This document shows positions 9,494 through 19,189 of a stretch of 64,000 nucleotides of DNA, piece after piece. Every line of letters starts with the position of its first letter. Positions within the stretch are counted from its first letter, which is position 1. The translations under genes and the position numbers were made by a program. Origin of the DNA: Syntrophales bacterium (lineage in GTDB: Bacteria; Desulfobacterota; Syntrophia; Syntrophales; UBA6807); NCBI GenBank assembly GCA_040767195.1, contig JAXGPA010000001.1, forward strand, positions 896,001-960,000. Direction: 5' to 3'. The notes beneath the pieces were generated by a model. It saw only the letters and a program-made list of their open reading frames with translations, was not told where the DNA came from and did not search any database.

Positions 9494-11686
9494 ATGGCCG
9501 GGAACGTCTTCGCCGGATTTCTCTCGGGCATCATGACCCTCATCGGGGGCATCTCCTACGCCGCCTTAATTTTTTCAGGGATTCTGTCAGGATACCTGGA
9601 AATCGGTATCGGAAGCGCTCTCATCAGCGCCACCATCATCGGCGGTCTCATGGCCTGGAGAAGCTCTTCCCCCATCGTCATCGCCGGTCCCGATGCCAAC
9701 ATATCGGCCATTCTGGCCCTGCTGACGGCTTCCATTCTCTCGAATCTCGCCGCCGACGCCCCCCGGGAGACCGTTTTCTCCACCGTGTGGGCGGTCATCG
9801 CCGCCAGCACCCTCGCCTGCGGCTTCTTTCTTTACATGGTCGGTCGTTTTCGCCTGGGACGATGGATCCGGTTCATCCCCTATCCCGTTGTGGGAGGGTT
9901 TCTCGCCGGCACGGGATGGCTGCTCATCCGGGGGGCTTTCAAGGTCATGAGCGGTGTTCCCCTGACCCTTTCGGATATTCCCGCGCTCCTTCAGAAAGAC
10001 GTCTTTCATCACTGGCTTCCCGGGGTTCTGTTCGCCCTCCTGCTACTGGCCGCCGTCTCGCGCTGGAAAAGTTTCCTCGTCATGCCCTCCCTGGTCATTG
10101 CAGCCATCGCCGCGACCCACGGGATTCTCTTCACCTCGGGCATACCCGTTGCGGAGGCCGCCCGGGAAGGCTGGCTTCTGTCGCCTCTTCCGTCGAACCT
10201 GTTCTTCCACACCTTTCAATCCCTCGATCCCGGGCGGATCGACATCGCCTTCAGCTTCCGTGACTCGGGAAACGTCATCGCCCTTCTGCTCATCGCGGCC
10301 ATCGTTATTCTCCTCAACTCGGCGAGCGTCGAAATCTCCACGGAAAAGGAAATGAACCTGGACCGGGAACTGAAAATGACGGGGCTTTCCAACGTGGCCG
10401 CCGCCCCCTTCGGCGGGATGGTGGGTTGCATCGCCCTCAGCCGGACGCTCATGAACTGGAGCGCCGGGGCCGACTCCCGCCTGTCCGGCATCGTGGCGGC
10501 CCTGACGTGCGGCATGATTCTCTTTGCCGGGGCGCCCCTTCTGTCCTTTCTGCCCCGGCCCGTTCTCGGGGGACTTCTTCTCTATATCGGCCTGGTCCTT
10601 TTTCTCGAGTGGGTGTACCGTGGATGGTACCGTTTCTCCCGGTTCGACTATTTCCTTGTCCTCGCCATCGTCGTCATCATCGCTTTCCGGGGCTTTCTTC
10701 CCGGCGTGGCCCTGGGGCTCGTGGTGGCCTGCCTGCTCTTCGCCTTCCACTACAGCCGCATCCCCATCATCAAGCACGAACTTTCCGGCGTGTCCTTCCG
10801 GAGCAACGTGGAACGGTCCCAGCACCAGCAGTCCCTTCTCAAGGAAAAAGGGAACAGCATGCACATCCTCCACCTCCAGGGATTCATTTTCTTCGGGTCT
10901 GCCTACCCGCTCCTCCTGGACCTGAAAGACCGGATGGAACGGACCGATCCCGCCCCCCTGAAATACCTGCTCATCGACTTCGGCAAGGTGAGTGGTCTCG
11001 ATTCCTCCTCCATTCACATCTTTTCCCGGATCCGTCAGGTGGCGGAAGAAAACGGCGTTCGGCTCATTTTTTCCCGTCTCAACCCCCGGAACGAGCATCT
11101 TCTCAAGTCGGCGGGCGGCATCGCCCCCGTCAGAAACGAAAAGGGGGGGGCTTCCATCCTCGTCTTTCCAGACCTCGATTACGCCATGGACTGGTGCGAA
11201 GAGGAGATCCTTCGGGAGGCCGGTGTCGAAACGGAAGAACCGGGCGCCACCCTGGAGGACCATTTCGAAGAACTCTTCGAGAAGAAAGGCCTGTGGGCCC
11301 ACTTCCGGACATACCTGGACAAGATGGACATGGAAAAGGGATCGGTCATCTTCCGCCAGGGGGAAGAGGCCGACGACATGATTTTCGTCGAATCGGGGGA
11401 GGTCACGGCCTTTCTGGAGTTGGATAACGGGGGACGGAAACGCCTGCGCACCATGGGGGCGGGCACGGTGGTGGGGGAAATGGGGCTCTATCTCGACACG
11501 CCCCGATCCGCCACGGTAGTCACCGAGAAGCCTGGCGTTCTCTACCGCCTGACCCTGAAAAATTTTCGAAAAATGGAACAGGAGAACAGCCCGCTGGCCG
11601 CCCTGGTCCACCAGTTCGTCATCCGCCTTCTCGCTCGCCGGCTCGCCCACGCCAACGTCGAGATCGAGCATCTGCTCCGGGAGTGA
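9494..11686 (+). CDS. SulP/SLC26 anion transporter with STAS and cyclic-nucleotide-binding domains
   Basis: RFIPYPVVGGFLAG, LQGFIFFGSA (STAS), VGEMGLY...PRSATV (cNMP); start could be GTG 9455. Confidence 0.88.
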   Translation: MAGNVFAGFLSGIMTLIGGISYAALIFSGILSGYLEIGIGSALISATIIGGLMAWRSSSPIVIAGPDANISAILALLTASILSNLAADAPRETVFSTVWAVIAASTLACGFFLYMVGRFRLGRWIRFIPYPVVGGFLAGTGWLLIRGAFKVMSGVPLTLSDIPALLQKDVFHHWLPGVLFALLLLAAVSRWKSFLVMPSLVIAAIAATHGILFTSGIPVAEAAREGWLLSPLPSNLFFHTFQSLDPGRIDIAFSFRDSGNVIALLLIAAIVILLNSASVEISTEKEMNLDRELKMTGLSNVAAAPFGGMVGCIALSRTLMNWSAGADSRLSGIVAALTCGMILFAGAPLLSFLPRPVLGGLLLYIGLVLFLEWVYRGWYRFSRFDYFLVLAIVVIIAFRGFLPGVALGLVVACLLFAFHYSRIPIIKHELSGVSFRSNVERSQHQQSLLKEKGNSMHILHLQGFIFFGSAYPLLLDLKDRMERTDPAPLKYLLIDFGKVSGLDSSSIHIFSRIRQVAEENGVRLIFSRLNPRNEHLLKSAGGIAPVRNEKGGASILVFPDLDYAMDWCEEEILREAGVETEEPGATLEDHFEELFEKKGLWAHFRTYLDKMDMEKGSVIFRQGEEADDMIFVESGEVTAFLELDNGGRKRLRTMGAGTVVGEMGLYLDTPRSATVVTEKPGVLYRLTLKNFRKMEQENSPLAALVHQFVIRLLARRLAHANVEIEHLLRE

Positions 11687-11907
11687 CCGCTACGGAAACC
11701 CCGCCTTTTCACCAGGAACCTCCCGGCTGATGCGTCCCTGGCCGCCTGACGTTCGTGAATCGCTGAAGACGGCTGCAAACAGGACGGCAAAACCTATCTT
11801 TTGCGGCAGGATTCGGCGCCTTGCGAAGAATCGCTTTTTAGGTTACTAATACGGGAAATTAACGAGATTGACTCGGCTTTTCACGAAACGGCCGAAGGAG
11901 GACAGGC

Positions 11908-12561
11908 ATGATGGATAGAAGGTTATTTTGCGCCGTTATCGTTTTTTTCATGGCATCGGCCGTTCTTGGCGGTTGCCAGACCACGTACTACGCCGTCTGG
12001 GAAAAATTAGGCAAGGAAAAGCGGCACCTTCTCCGCGACAACGTGGCGGCGGCAAGCGAAGAACAGAAGGAGGCCTCGGAAACATTCAAGGACGTTTTGA
12101 CCCGGATGAAGGAGATGTACGGGTTCCAGGGCGGGGACTTGGAAGAGGTGTACGAGAACCTCCGGGCCGACTACGAGGAAAGCGAGGAAAGAGCCAACGC
12201 CGTTCACAAGCGGGTCGCCATGGTGGAACAGATCGCGGCGGATCTTTTCCGGGAATGGCAGGGCGAAATCAACGAAATGAAAAGCCAGAAGCTCAAAAGC
12301 CAGAGCGCCCAGTCCCTGCGGGAGGCGAAAAGGCAGTATGCCAAGCTTCACGACACCATGGTTAAAGCCGAATCGAGAATGGACCCCGTTCTGGCGCAGC
12401 TGAAGGACAACGTTCTTTACCTGAAGCACAATCTGAACGCCCAGTCCATCGGAGCCCTGAAAAAGGAAGCGGGGAGCATCCAGGTCGAAATCGACAGGCT
12501 CATCAAGGATATGCAGGCTTCCATCGCGGAGGCGGACACCTTTCTGAAGACCTTTAAATAA
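11908..12561 (+). CDS. DUF2959-like coiled-coil lipoprotein
   Basis: Lipobox VLGGC; YYAVWEKLG..KR, LFREW, LYLKHNLNA. Confidence 0.75.
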   Translation: MMDRRLFCAVIVFFMASAVLGGCQTTYYAVWEKLGKEKRHLLRDNVAAASEEQKEASETFKDVLTRMKEMYGFQGGDLEEVYENLRADYEESEERANAVHKRVAMVEQIAADLFREWQGEINEMKSQKLKSQSAQSLREAKRQYAKLHDTMVKAESRMDPVLAQLKDNVLYLKHNLNAQSIGALKKEAGSIQVEIDRLIKDMQASIAEADTFLKTFK

Positions 12562-12564
12562 ATT

Positions 12565-13110
12565 ATGACACGTTTCATGGCCCTATACGCTGTCCTTCTG
12601 TTCCTGGCCTGCTCAACGGCGCCGGAACTTCCCGAACTGGTGACGGTTTCCCATGTGGACCTGCGGCAATACCTTGGAAAATGGTATGAAATCGCACGCC
12701 TGCCGGCGTGGTTTCAGAAAGGGTGCCTTCAATCCACGGCAACCTACGGTCTCGACGAATCCGGCCAAATCACCGTTCTGAATGAATGCCTGATGAAAGA
12801 CGGAACAAGAAAAAGCGCCTCCGGGCGCGCCTCCATTGTGGACCGTCAAAGCCAGGCGAAGCTCGAGGTTGTTTTCGACAACTGGTTCTCCCGGATATTT
12901 CCCGGCCTCGTCAAAGGGAAGTACTGGATCCTCTACGTCGATCCCGGTTATCGGAACGCCGTGGTGGGAACGCCGGACAGAAAATACCTGTGGTTTCTGT
13001 CCCGGAACCGGACGGTCGAGGACGCAACGTACGCGGAACTTGTCCGCTTCGCCGAAAGCAGGGGATTTGAGACGGATCGACTGATCCGGGCTGAGGAAGC
13101 GGGTATTTGA
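12565..13110 (+). CDS. blc: Bacterial lipocalin (Blc-like) lipoprotein
   Basis: Lipobox FLAC; YLGKWYEIARLP, YWIL, YLWFLSR. Confidence 0.85.
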   Translation: MTRFMALYAVLLFLACSTAPELPELVTVSHVDLRQYLGKWYEIARLPAWFQKGCLQSTATYGLDESGQITVLNECLMKDGTRKSASGRASIVDRQSQAKLEVVFDNWFSRIFPGLVKGKYWILYVDPGYRNAVVGTPDRKYLWFLSRNRTVEDATYAELVRFAESRGFETDRLIRAEEAGI

Positions 13111-13169
13111 GAACGCGCGAACGGGAAAAGACAGGGGCCCTGCAAGAAAAACAAAGGAGGTTCTGTTTA

Positions 13170-13742
13170 ATGCCTGAAAACACATGGCAGAAAAAAAATG
13201 GGGCGGTCTGCCTTCTCTTGCTGCTCCTTTTAACAATCGCCCCGCCGTCCGTTGCCCTGTCCGCAACGGCCCGGGAAATCGACGTCAGCGTGGACGTCAC
13301 CCTGGAGCGCTTTGAGAAAGAAGTGAACGGCGGCAAGGAATTCCTCGAAAGCGCCAAAGGGGTTCTCGTCTTCCCGAAGGTCGTCAAGGCGGGGTTCGGC
13401 GTAGGCGGGGAATACGGCGAGGGGGCCTTGCGGATCGGCGGGAAAACGGTGGACTATTACAACACCGTGTCCGCCTCCATCGGGTTCCAGCTCGGGGCAC
13501 AGGTCAAATCGATCATCCTGGTTTTCATGACCGACGAGTCGCTCCGCAAATTCAGGCTCAGCCCCGGCTGGGAAGTCGGCGTAGACGGGTCCGTCGCCCT
13601 GGTGAAAATCGGCGCCGGCGGGACCATCGACACGACGACGATCAAGGAACCCATCGTCGCCTTCGTGTTCGGCCAGAAGGGGCTCATGTACAACCTGACC
13701 CTGGAGGGATCGAAATTCACCAAGCTGGAAAAGAAGGAATAG
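13170..13742 (+). CDS. Ysc84/SYLF lipid-binding domain secreted protein
   Basis: AKGVLVFP.V.KAGFGVGGEYGEG, SIGFQLGAQ, LEGSKF; AGGAGG RBS before ATG 13170. Confidence 0.82.
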   Translation: MPENTWQKKNGAVCLLLLLLLTIAPPSVALSATAREIDVSVDVTLERFEKEVNGGKEFLESAKGVLVFPKVVKAGFGVGGEYGEGALRIGGKTVDYYNTVSASIGFQLGAQVKSIILVFMTDESLRKFRLSPGWEVGVDGSVALVKIGAGGTIDTTTIKEPIVAFVFGQKGLMYNLTLEGSKFTKLEKKE

Positions 13743-13758
13743 GGAAGAGAAGAGGGTG

Positions 13759-13794
13759 AGCCCGGGGATCCTCGGTAAACGGAAACCCCGGGCT
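13759..13794. terminator. Stem-loop between convergent genes
   Basis: agcccgggg ... ccccgggct inverted repeat. Confidence 0.5.
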
Positions 13795-13816
13795 TGAATT
13801 CACGGAAAGAGGCTGG

Positions 13817-14191
13817 TTACGCTTTCCACAAACCGTGGATGTTACAGTATTCCCGGGCCTGACCACCGGCCGCGGCGGAAGGGAAGACCGCTTCCGGGGC
13901 CTCGCCGGGCTTGAGAAACCGCCGGTAAACCGTTTCTCCGGTCACCATCTCGATCCACTCGATGTAGTGCTTTTCTTCCATGGGATGAGGGTCGCTTCCG
14001 ACCTTCACCTTCACGGCGTTTTCCGCTTTTTCCACAACCGGGACATGTTTCTCCTGGGCTGCGTCAACGGTGTTCTCCCTGAAAAGCCTCATGGGCTGAT
14101 TGCAGCAGACGAGCTCGCCCTTGCCGGCGTGAAGCATCTCGACAATATTGCCGCAGACATCGCATTTGTACACTTCAAGACGTTTCGTCAT
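13817..14191 (-). CDS. dfx: Desulfoferrodoxin (2Fe superoxide reductase)
   Basis: [11 protein letters not shown]...LVCC, EKHVP, HPM...[11 protein letters not shown]. Confidence 0.95.
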   Translation of the reverse strand: MTKRLEVYKCDVCGNIVEMLHAGKGELVCCNQPMRLFRENTVDAAQEKHVPVVEKAENAVKVKVGSDPHPMEEKHYIEWIEMVTGETVYRRFLKPGEAPEAVFPSAAAGGQAREYCNIHGLWKA

Positions 14192-14203
14192 GAATGACCC
14201 CCC

Positions 14204-14689
14204 TCAACCCTTTCGGTATTTCTCCTTCATTTTGGACAGCAGGGAGAAATGCCTCCTTTCTTCATCAATCACGGCGTCAACGGCGGCGTGCTGATCCTTG
14301 GAAATGAAATTCTTGAGTTCATGATAGTACAAGATGGAATCGAGTTCCCGGCGGATGGCGAAATCCAGTGCCGAAGGCGTGTCCTTGACACCCGCCAGTT
14401 CCCTGTCCATCACCTCTTTTTTGAAGATGATGTTGTTGTCCGCGTAATTTTTCAAATAGGCGGCATACTCGCCGGGGAAACTCTCCGGAGGGTCCACCCG
14501 GTCGACCCCGGAAAGCATGCGGCTGTAAATGGCCTTGTGCTTGTCTTCCTCGACGGCCAGCTTGGCGAACATCTCCTTGGCGTCCTCTTCCGGCGCGATC
14601 TGTACGGCATATCGATAAAAATTCGCTCCGTTTTCCTCTATTCTCATAGCAATCTGGAGGACATCCCCCGCTTCGACCAGGACACTCAT
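14204..14689 (-). CDS. Ferritin/rubrerythrin-like diiron protein
   Basis: AMRIEENGANFY, EEDKH, E...Y, EERRH. Confidence 0.85.
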   Translation of the reverse strand: MSVLVEAGDVLQIAMRIEENGANFYRYAVQIAPEEDAKEMFAKLAVEEDKHKAIYSRMLSGVDRVDPPESFPGEYAAYLKNYADNNIIFKKEVMDRELAGVKDTPSALDFAIRRELDSILYYHELKNFISKDQHAAVDAVIDEERRHFSLLSKMKEKYRKG

Positions 14690-14737
14690 AAACGACCTCC
14701 TTCGTTCTTATTCTGCGCTTGGCGAATACGTGTTTAT

Positions 14738-14766
14738 TAATCTATGTCCCGTTACCGGGAATGTCA
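14738..14766 (-). promoter_or_regulatory. Sigma70 promoter for the rubrerythrin-like/dfx pair
   Basis: Minus strand TTGACA-17-TAGATT; spacer contains the inverted repeat TCCCG-GTAA-CGGGA. Confidence 0.6.
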
Positions 14767-14807
14767 ATGAAAAGCAAGGCAATTCGACGATTCACCCCCC
14801 CGGCTTT

Positions 14808-15329
14808 TTACCCGTTCCCCTCACCCCTGTACGTGGGAGCCCTTTTCGGTGATTTTCCTCCCTTGACCCGGTGATAGTGATCATAGGTCATGGGGTTTCC
14901 CCCGGCCAGCATTTTACCGGCCTCCACCAGCCCTATGAAAAGGGTGTGGGTGCCGCAGTCGAAGCGGCCGACGATTCTTCCCTCCATACAGGCAACGGCG
15001 TTGTCCAGAACGACGGGAGCTCCCGTCACCCCCCTTTCCCAGTGAACGCCCTCGAACTTGTCGAAATCACGGCCGCACCGGAACCCGAAATTTCCAATGA
15101 AGGCCATGGGCGTTTCCTCGGACAGGACGGAAACGGCGAACACCCCGTATTTTTCGAGATATTCGTGGGTCAGGTTTTTCTTGTTGATGCTCAAGGCGAC
15201 CTGGGGCGGTGTCGCGGTCACCTGGAACACGGCATTGGCCACCTGGCCGTTTCTTTTTTCCCCGTCACCGGCCGTGACCACGTAGAGGCCGTACGTGAGT
15301 TGATGCAGGGCTTTTGAATCCAGTTTCAT
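14808..15329 (-). CDS. Flavin reductase family protein (Hrb-like, without the rubredoxin domain)
   Basis: YGLYVVT, NGQVAN, FGFRCGRDFDKF, GTHTLFIG, MTY..YH..KGG..PK.APTY. Confidence 0.82.
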   Translation of the reverse strand: MKLDSKALHQLTYGLYVVTAGDGEKRNGQVANAVFQVTATPPQVALSINKKNLTHEYLEKYGVFAVSVLSEETPMAFIGNFGFRCGRDFDKFEGVHWERGVTGAPVVLDNAVACMEGRIVGRFDCGTHTLFIGLVEAGKMLAGGNPMTYDHYHRVKGGKSPKRAPTYRGEGNG

Positions 15330-15375
15330 GTTCCTCCCCCGGAACGGCCCGCAGACATTTCGGGTTCTTTGACCT

Positions 15376-15849
15376 TCAGCGACCCTCGTATCGGGTCCAG
15401 GTGTTGGAACGGGGCGGGAACACCACGGCCTGAAAGTCCCCCGCCACTTTCACCCGCGTCCGGGCCTCCATGAGAGAGTACCAGATGCCCAGGGGATATT
15501 TCCTGTTGTCAACGATGACGAACCCCTGGAGGGGCAGGATAAGAACGGAGGCCCTCTGGCGCATGTTTTCGACGATCTCCCCCAGTGTTTCGGGGGTGAA
15601 GTCCCGCTTCTTCCAGACATCCGTCACGAGGGTCCAGTCCTCGTTAATGCCGATGATCGCGTTGGGAAATTCATCCGGGCCGCTCGTGTAATAAACAAAG
15701 CCTGGCTTGACTTCGTGTTTTTCGAAGGCCTCCGTCACCTCGTCACTGGGCAGGATCTGGCCGTAGTTGGCGCTCAGGTAGCGCCCGTAGAGGAAAATTA
15801 ACGCCCCGACGATGACGCCCAGAAGGATGAAGAGAGAAAGGGGATCCAT
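15376..15849 (-). CDS. Hypothetical membrane-anchored protein
   Basis: N-terminal TM helix; AGGAGG RBS; coherent ORF. Confidence 0.6.
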   Translation of the reverse strand: MDPLSLFILLGVIVGALIFLYGRYLSANYGQILPSDEVTEAFEKHEVKPGFVYYTSGPDEFPNAIIGINEDWTLVTDVWKKRDFTPETLGEIVENMRQRASVLILPLQGFVIVDNRKYPLGIWYSLMEARTRVKVAGDFQAVVFPPRSNTWTRYEGR

Positions 15850-15992
15850 AAAGCCTCCTTCGTTTTTTTTTCCTTGTCCCATTGGACCGGGTTCCTCCCG
15901 CAGAATTTCCATCGACACTCATTAAAATACCGCCGGCGGCTTCACGAATCGCTGTTGAAAAGTGCGTTTTCCTGATTCGGAAACTCTTTTCA

Positions 15993-18968
15993 TCAGTTTT
16001 TCAAGGAAAACTCCACCCGGCTTTCCCGGACGCCGCTCTTTTCCTGGGGAACCAGTTCCCGGGGCTCCATGAGGAAAAGACGCTCTTTTTCCACCTGGCC
16101 GCCGGACAGAAGGAAATCCCTCACGTTGGCGGCCCGATCATAAGCCAGCTTTCGCAGGTCGCCGTCGGTTATCTCCAGGTGATCCAGAACCATCTTCTTC
16201 CGTTCCGCCTCGGAAAGCGCCTTTTCGTCGACCCCTTTCCGTTTTTCCGCCGGCACCGTTTCCCGGTAAACCGTCTTCAGGAACCGCTCATATTCCTCGG
16301 GTTCCACCCTCAAAATGCCGTCGGCAGGTGGTTTTCGTCCTTTTTCGGCCAGGTCTTTCACTTTTTCGGCCTTGATCCGGTCCTCCAGGCGGGCCTCCCG
16401 AAGGGCTCTCCCATCCTGTTCGGGATTCACGTGGCCGGTGATCTCGAGCTTTAAAAGGGGCCTGTCATAAAGGGCCCTGGCAAGCGTTTCGAGTTTTTTC
16501 CGGGCCTCCTCGTCCAGATCGGTCTCTCCCGGGAGAAACTCAACGTATCCCAGTTCCTCTCCGCCACCGAAAACCGCCCCCAGGAGGGCGAAGGGCGCCG
16601 TCACCGCCTTAACGATGAGATTTCCCAATACCTTCAGGATAATTCCGCCGATACTGAACTCAGGGTCGTCGGTCTGCCCGGAAAGGGGAATGTCGAGATC
16701 GATTTTTCCCTGGCGGTCCTTCAGAAGAGCAATGGCGAGCTTGATGGGAAGGCCGACGGCGTCGGGGCTTTCGACGGGGTCCCCGAGAGTGAACTGGTCG
16801 ATGAGGACGGCGTTTTTCGCATCCAGTTTGTTGTTCTCAATGTGATACTTGAGGTTGAGAAAAAGTTTTCCCTTGTCGATGGGATACCCCAGATATTTTC
16901 TGCCGTACGGGGTGAGCGGGCTCAGGTCGACATTCTGAAAGATCACCTTGAGGTCCACAAAGAGGTCTTCCCCCAGCGGATTGACCTGCCCTTCGATGAC
17001 AAGGGGAATGACCTTTTCGTAGGTGCCCTTGAGACGGACGTCGGCACGGCTTTTTTCGTCGGAGAAAAGCCCTTCCACCGTTCCTTCCATGTCATAGAGA
17101 TTTGCCGTGAACGCAGGGGAGACGTGAAGATCCGTAAAATCAATCCTTCCCTTGTCCAAGGTGACTTTGTCGATGGCCACGGTCTCGAAAAAGGGCTTTT
17201 TGACCGGTCCGGCGGCGGCCTCGGGCGTCTTTTCCTTCGCCGGCTTTCCCTCTGTCTTTTCCGGCCCGCTTTCGTCTCCCTTTTCTTTTACCACATCGAG
17301 AAGGTTGCTCGATTTGTCGGGCCTGATGACGATCCGGGCGTAAAAGTCGGATCCCATGACTTCCTGAATTTTCAAGATGTTAGGCTCCAGGCTCAGCTCC
17401 AGTCCTTCCACGAGGGCGGTCTGAAAACGAAGCAGTTCTTCTCCTTTCGTGGCCTCGGCGGAAGAATAATCCTTTGCCTTGATCGATCCGGCGAAGGCAA
17501 CCGCGGGCGGAGACGAACTTTCTTTCTTGACACCGACGGTTCCGTCCAAGGAAACGGACCCGCCTGTCACGAGGAGGTTCAGGTTTTCCAGCACGTATGG
17601 CTGGAAGGGATACAGGGCCATGTCCTCGACCAGGATTCTCGCCTGAAAATCGAGAGGGTCGACACCCAGGGTGCCGTCTGTCAAAAAGGTTCCCTTGTCA
17701 GGGTCACGAAAGGCGAGGGAGACCGTTCCCTTGTCCCCGGAACCTGTGGAAAGGTTTTCCGCTGCAAGTCGAAGGTCCAGAAGTTCGATGGTCGCCGGGG
17801 CCTCCAGGGACGCGTCTTCAAAGACCACCCGGTAGCCTTCCAGGTTCAGGGCGGCGAGGAGCACCCGGGGAACGGCCTTTTCGGCGTTCTCCGTCGGCGG
17901 CAAAGCGTTTTCGGTCCCCGTGGATTCACTCGCCTTCGGTTCCGGCATGGCGACGAGACGGCCCACATTGAGGGACCCGTCCTTGAGCCGCTTCAACAAA
18001 AGAGCTCCCCCGGAGGACGCCACCTCACCGATGGTGATCTGGCGTTTTGCGAGATCGGCATCGACGGCGCGGACGGCGAAGAGGGGAATCTCCACGAAGG
18101 GGCGGCCCGCCCCCGGTTCCAGGAGGCGGAGATCCGTCAGGGTGACCGCCAGGCCGGACAGGATCGCCCCGGGGGGCGTTTCCTCTCCCCGGTATTGGAA
18201 GCCGGTACTCATGTTTACCTTTCCCGTTTCCCAGGAAAAAGCGAGAATGTCCCGTACGTACGGGAAATACTTGCCCGGAAAGAGGTCCGCCAGCGTCACC
18301 GTCCCGTCCGAGGCAAGGGGGCTCATGGAAAACGTCCCTTCCCCTGTCACCGTTTCAGCGATCTCCGTCGTCACGGCAAGGGCGAATTCCGCCTTCGATC
18401 CCGGAACCGTCCGGAAATGCCTGACGTTCACGTCAATGGGGTGGAGGGTGGTCTCGAAGGACCCGGCGGGAACCCTGTCGGTGAATTGAACCTTACCCCC
18501 CAGGAGCGCGAAGCGGTCTACTTCCACGGGGAGGGGTTTCAATCCTTCTTCTTCTTTCGCAGTCCCGGCTTCTTTTTCAGGAGATGGGGGAAGGAGCGCC
18601 TGGAGATTCACTGTCCCGTCGGAAAAACGCTCCACCCTGGCAAAAGGTTCGACGACGGCGATTTCACGGATCACCAGGGCCCGCCTGATAAGCGACATGG
18701 ATTGAATGTTGCCGTAAACCCGCTTGAAGGAAAGGAGGACCGTTGAACCGTCTTCCTCCATGATCCTGAGTCCCTCCACAGCCATGGACAGGGCGAAAGG
18801 GTTGGTCACCACGTGATCCACGGTGACCTCCCGTTGGAGTGCTTGCTTCATTTCTTTCGTGAGAAGACTCTGGACGTGAATGGGCAGAAGGGCAAACCCG
18901 AAAAAGGCGTAGAGAGCGACAAGGAAAAGAATCACCCTGAGAAAGGTTCGCTTTGTTTCCTTCTTCAT
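15993..18968 (-). CDS. DUF748-domain (AsmA-like) envelope protein with OmpA-like C-terminus
   Basis: N-terminal TM, NPFALS repeats, KLAIALLKDRQGKIDLDIPLSG, C-terminal RVEFSL. Confidence 0.8.
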   Translation of the reverse strand: MKKETKRTFLRVILFLVALYAFFGFALLPIHVQSLLTKEMKQALQREVTVDHVVTNPFALSMAVEGLRIMEEDGSTVLLSFKRVYGNIQSMSLIRRALVIREIAVVEPFARVERFSDGTVNLQALLPPSPEKEAGTAKEEEGLKPLPVEVDRFALLGGKVQFTDRVPAGSFETTLHPIDVNVRHFRTVPGSKAEFALAVTTEIAETVTGEGTFSMSPLASDGTVTLADLFPGKYFPYVRDILAFSWETGKVNMSTGFQYRGEETPPGAILSGLAVTLTDLRLLEPGAGRPFVEIPLFAVRAVDADLAKRQITIGEVASSGGALLLKRLKDGSLNVGRLVAMPEPKASESTGTENALPPTENAEKAVPRVLLAALNLEGYRVVFEDASLEAPATIELLDLRLAAENLSTGSGDKGTVSLAFRDPDKGTFLTDGTLGVDPLDFQARILVEDMALYPFQPYVLENLNLLVTGGSVSLDGTVGVKKESSSPPAVAFAGSIKAKDYSSAEATKGEELLRFQTALVEGLELSLEPNILKIQEVMGSDFYARIVIRPDKSSNLLDVVKEKGDESGPEKTEGKPAKEKTPEAAAGPVKKPFFETVAIDKVTLDKGRIDFTDLHVSPAFTANLYDMEGTVEGLFSDEKSRADVRLKGTYEKVIPLVIEGQVNPLGEDLFVDLKVIFQNVDLSPLTPYGRKYLGYPIDKGKLFLNLKYHIENNKLDAKNAVLIDQFTLGDPVESPDAVGLPIKLAIALLKDRQGKIDLDIPLSGQTDDPEFSIGGIILKVLGNLIVKAVTAPFALLGAVFGGGEELGYVEFLPGETDLDEEARKKLETLARALYDRPLLKLEITGHVNPEQDGRALREARLEDRIKAEKVKDLAEKGRKPPADGILRVEPEEYERFLKTVYRETVPAEKRKGVDEKALSEAERKKMVLDHLEITDGDLRKLAYDRAANVRDFLLSGGQVEKERLFLMEPRELVPQEKSGVRESRVEFSLKN

Positions 18969-19189
18969 ATGCTCATCCCCCTTTCTCCGTTTCGGCCCAC
19001 CCGTTCTGACGGCAGGACGCCCGACGGCACCGCTTTCACCGGTCTGTCGATGGGAAACGTTCTCTGAACGAAACGGGTATTTCCCCCGGGGTTGTCGTTT
19101 CAAACCCCGGGGAAATACAGGGTCAGAATAGGAAAAAAACATCCCCCCTTCAAGGAAAAAAAGGAAAGGCTATTTTTTGTTATGTTATT

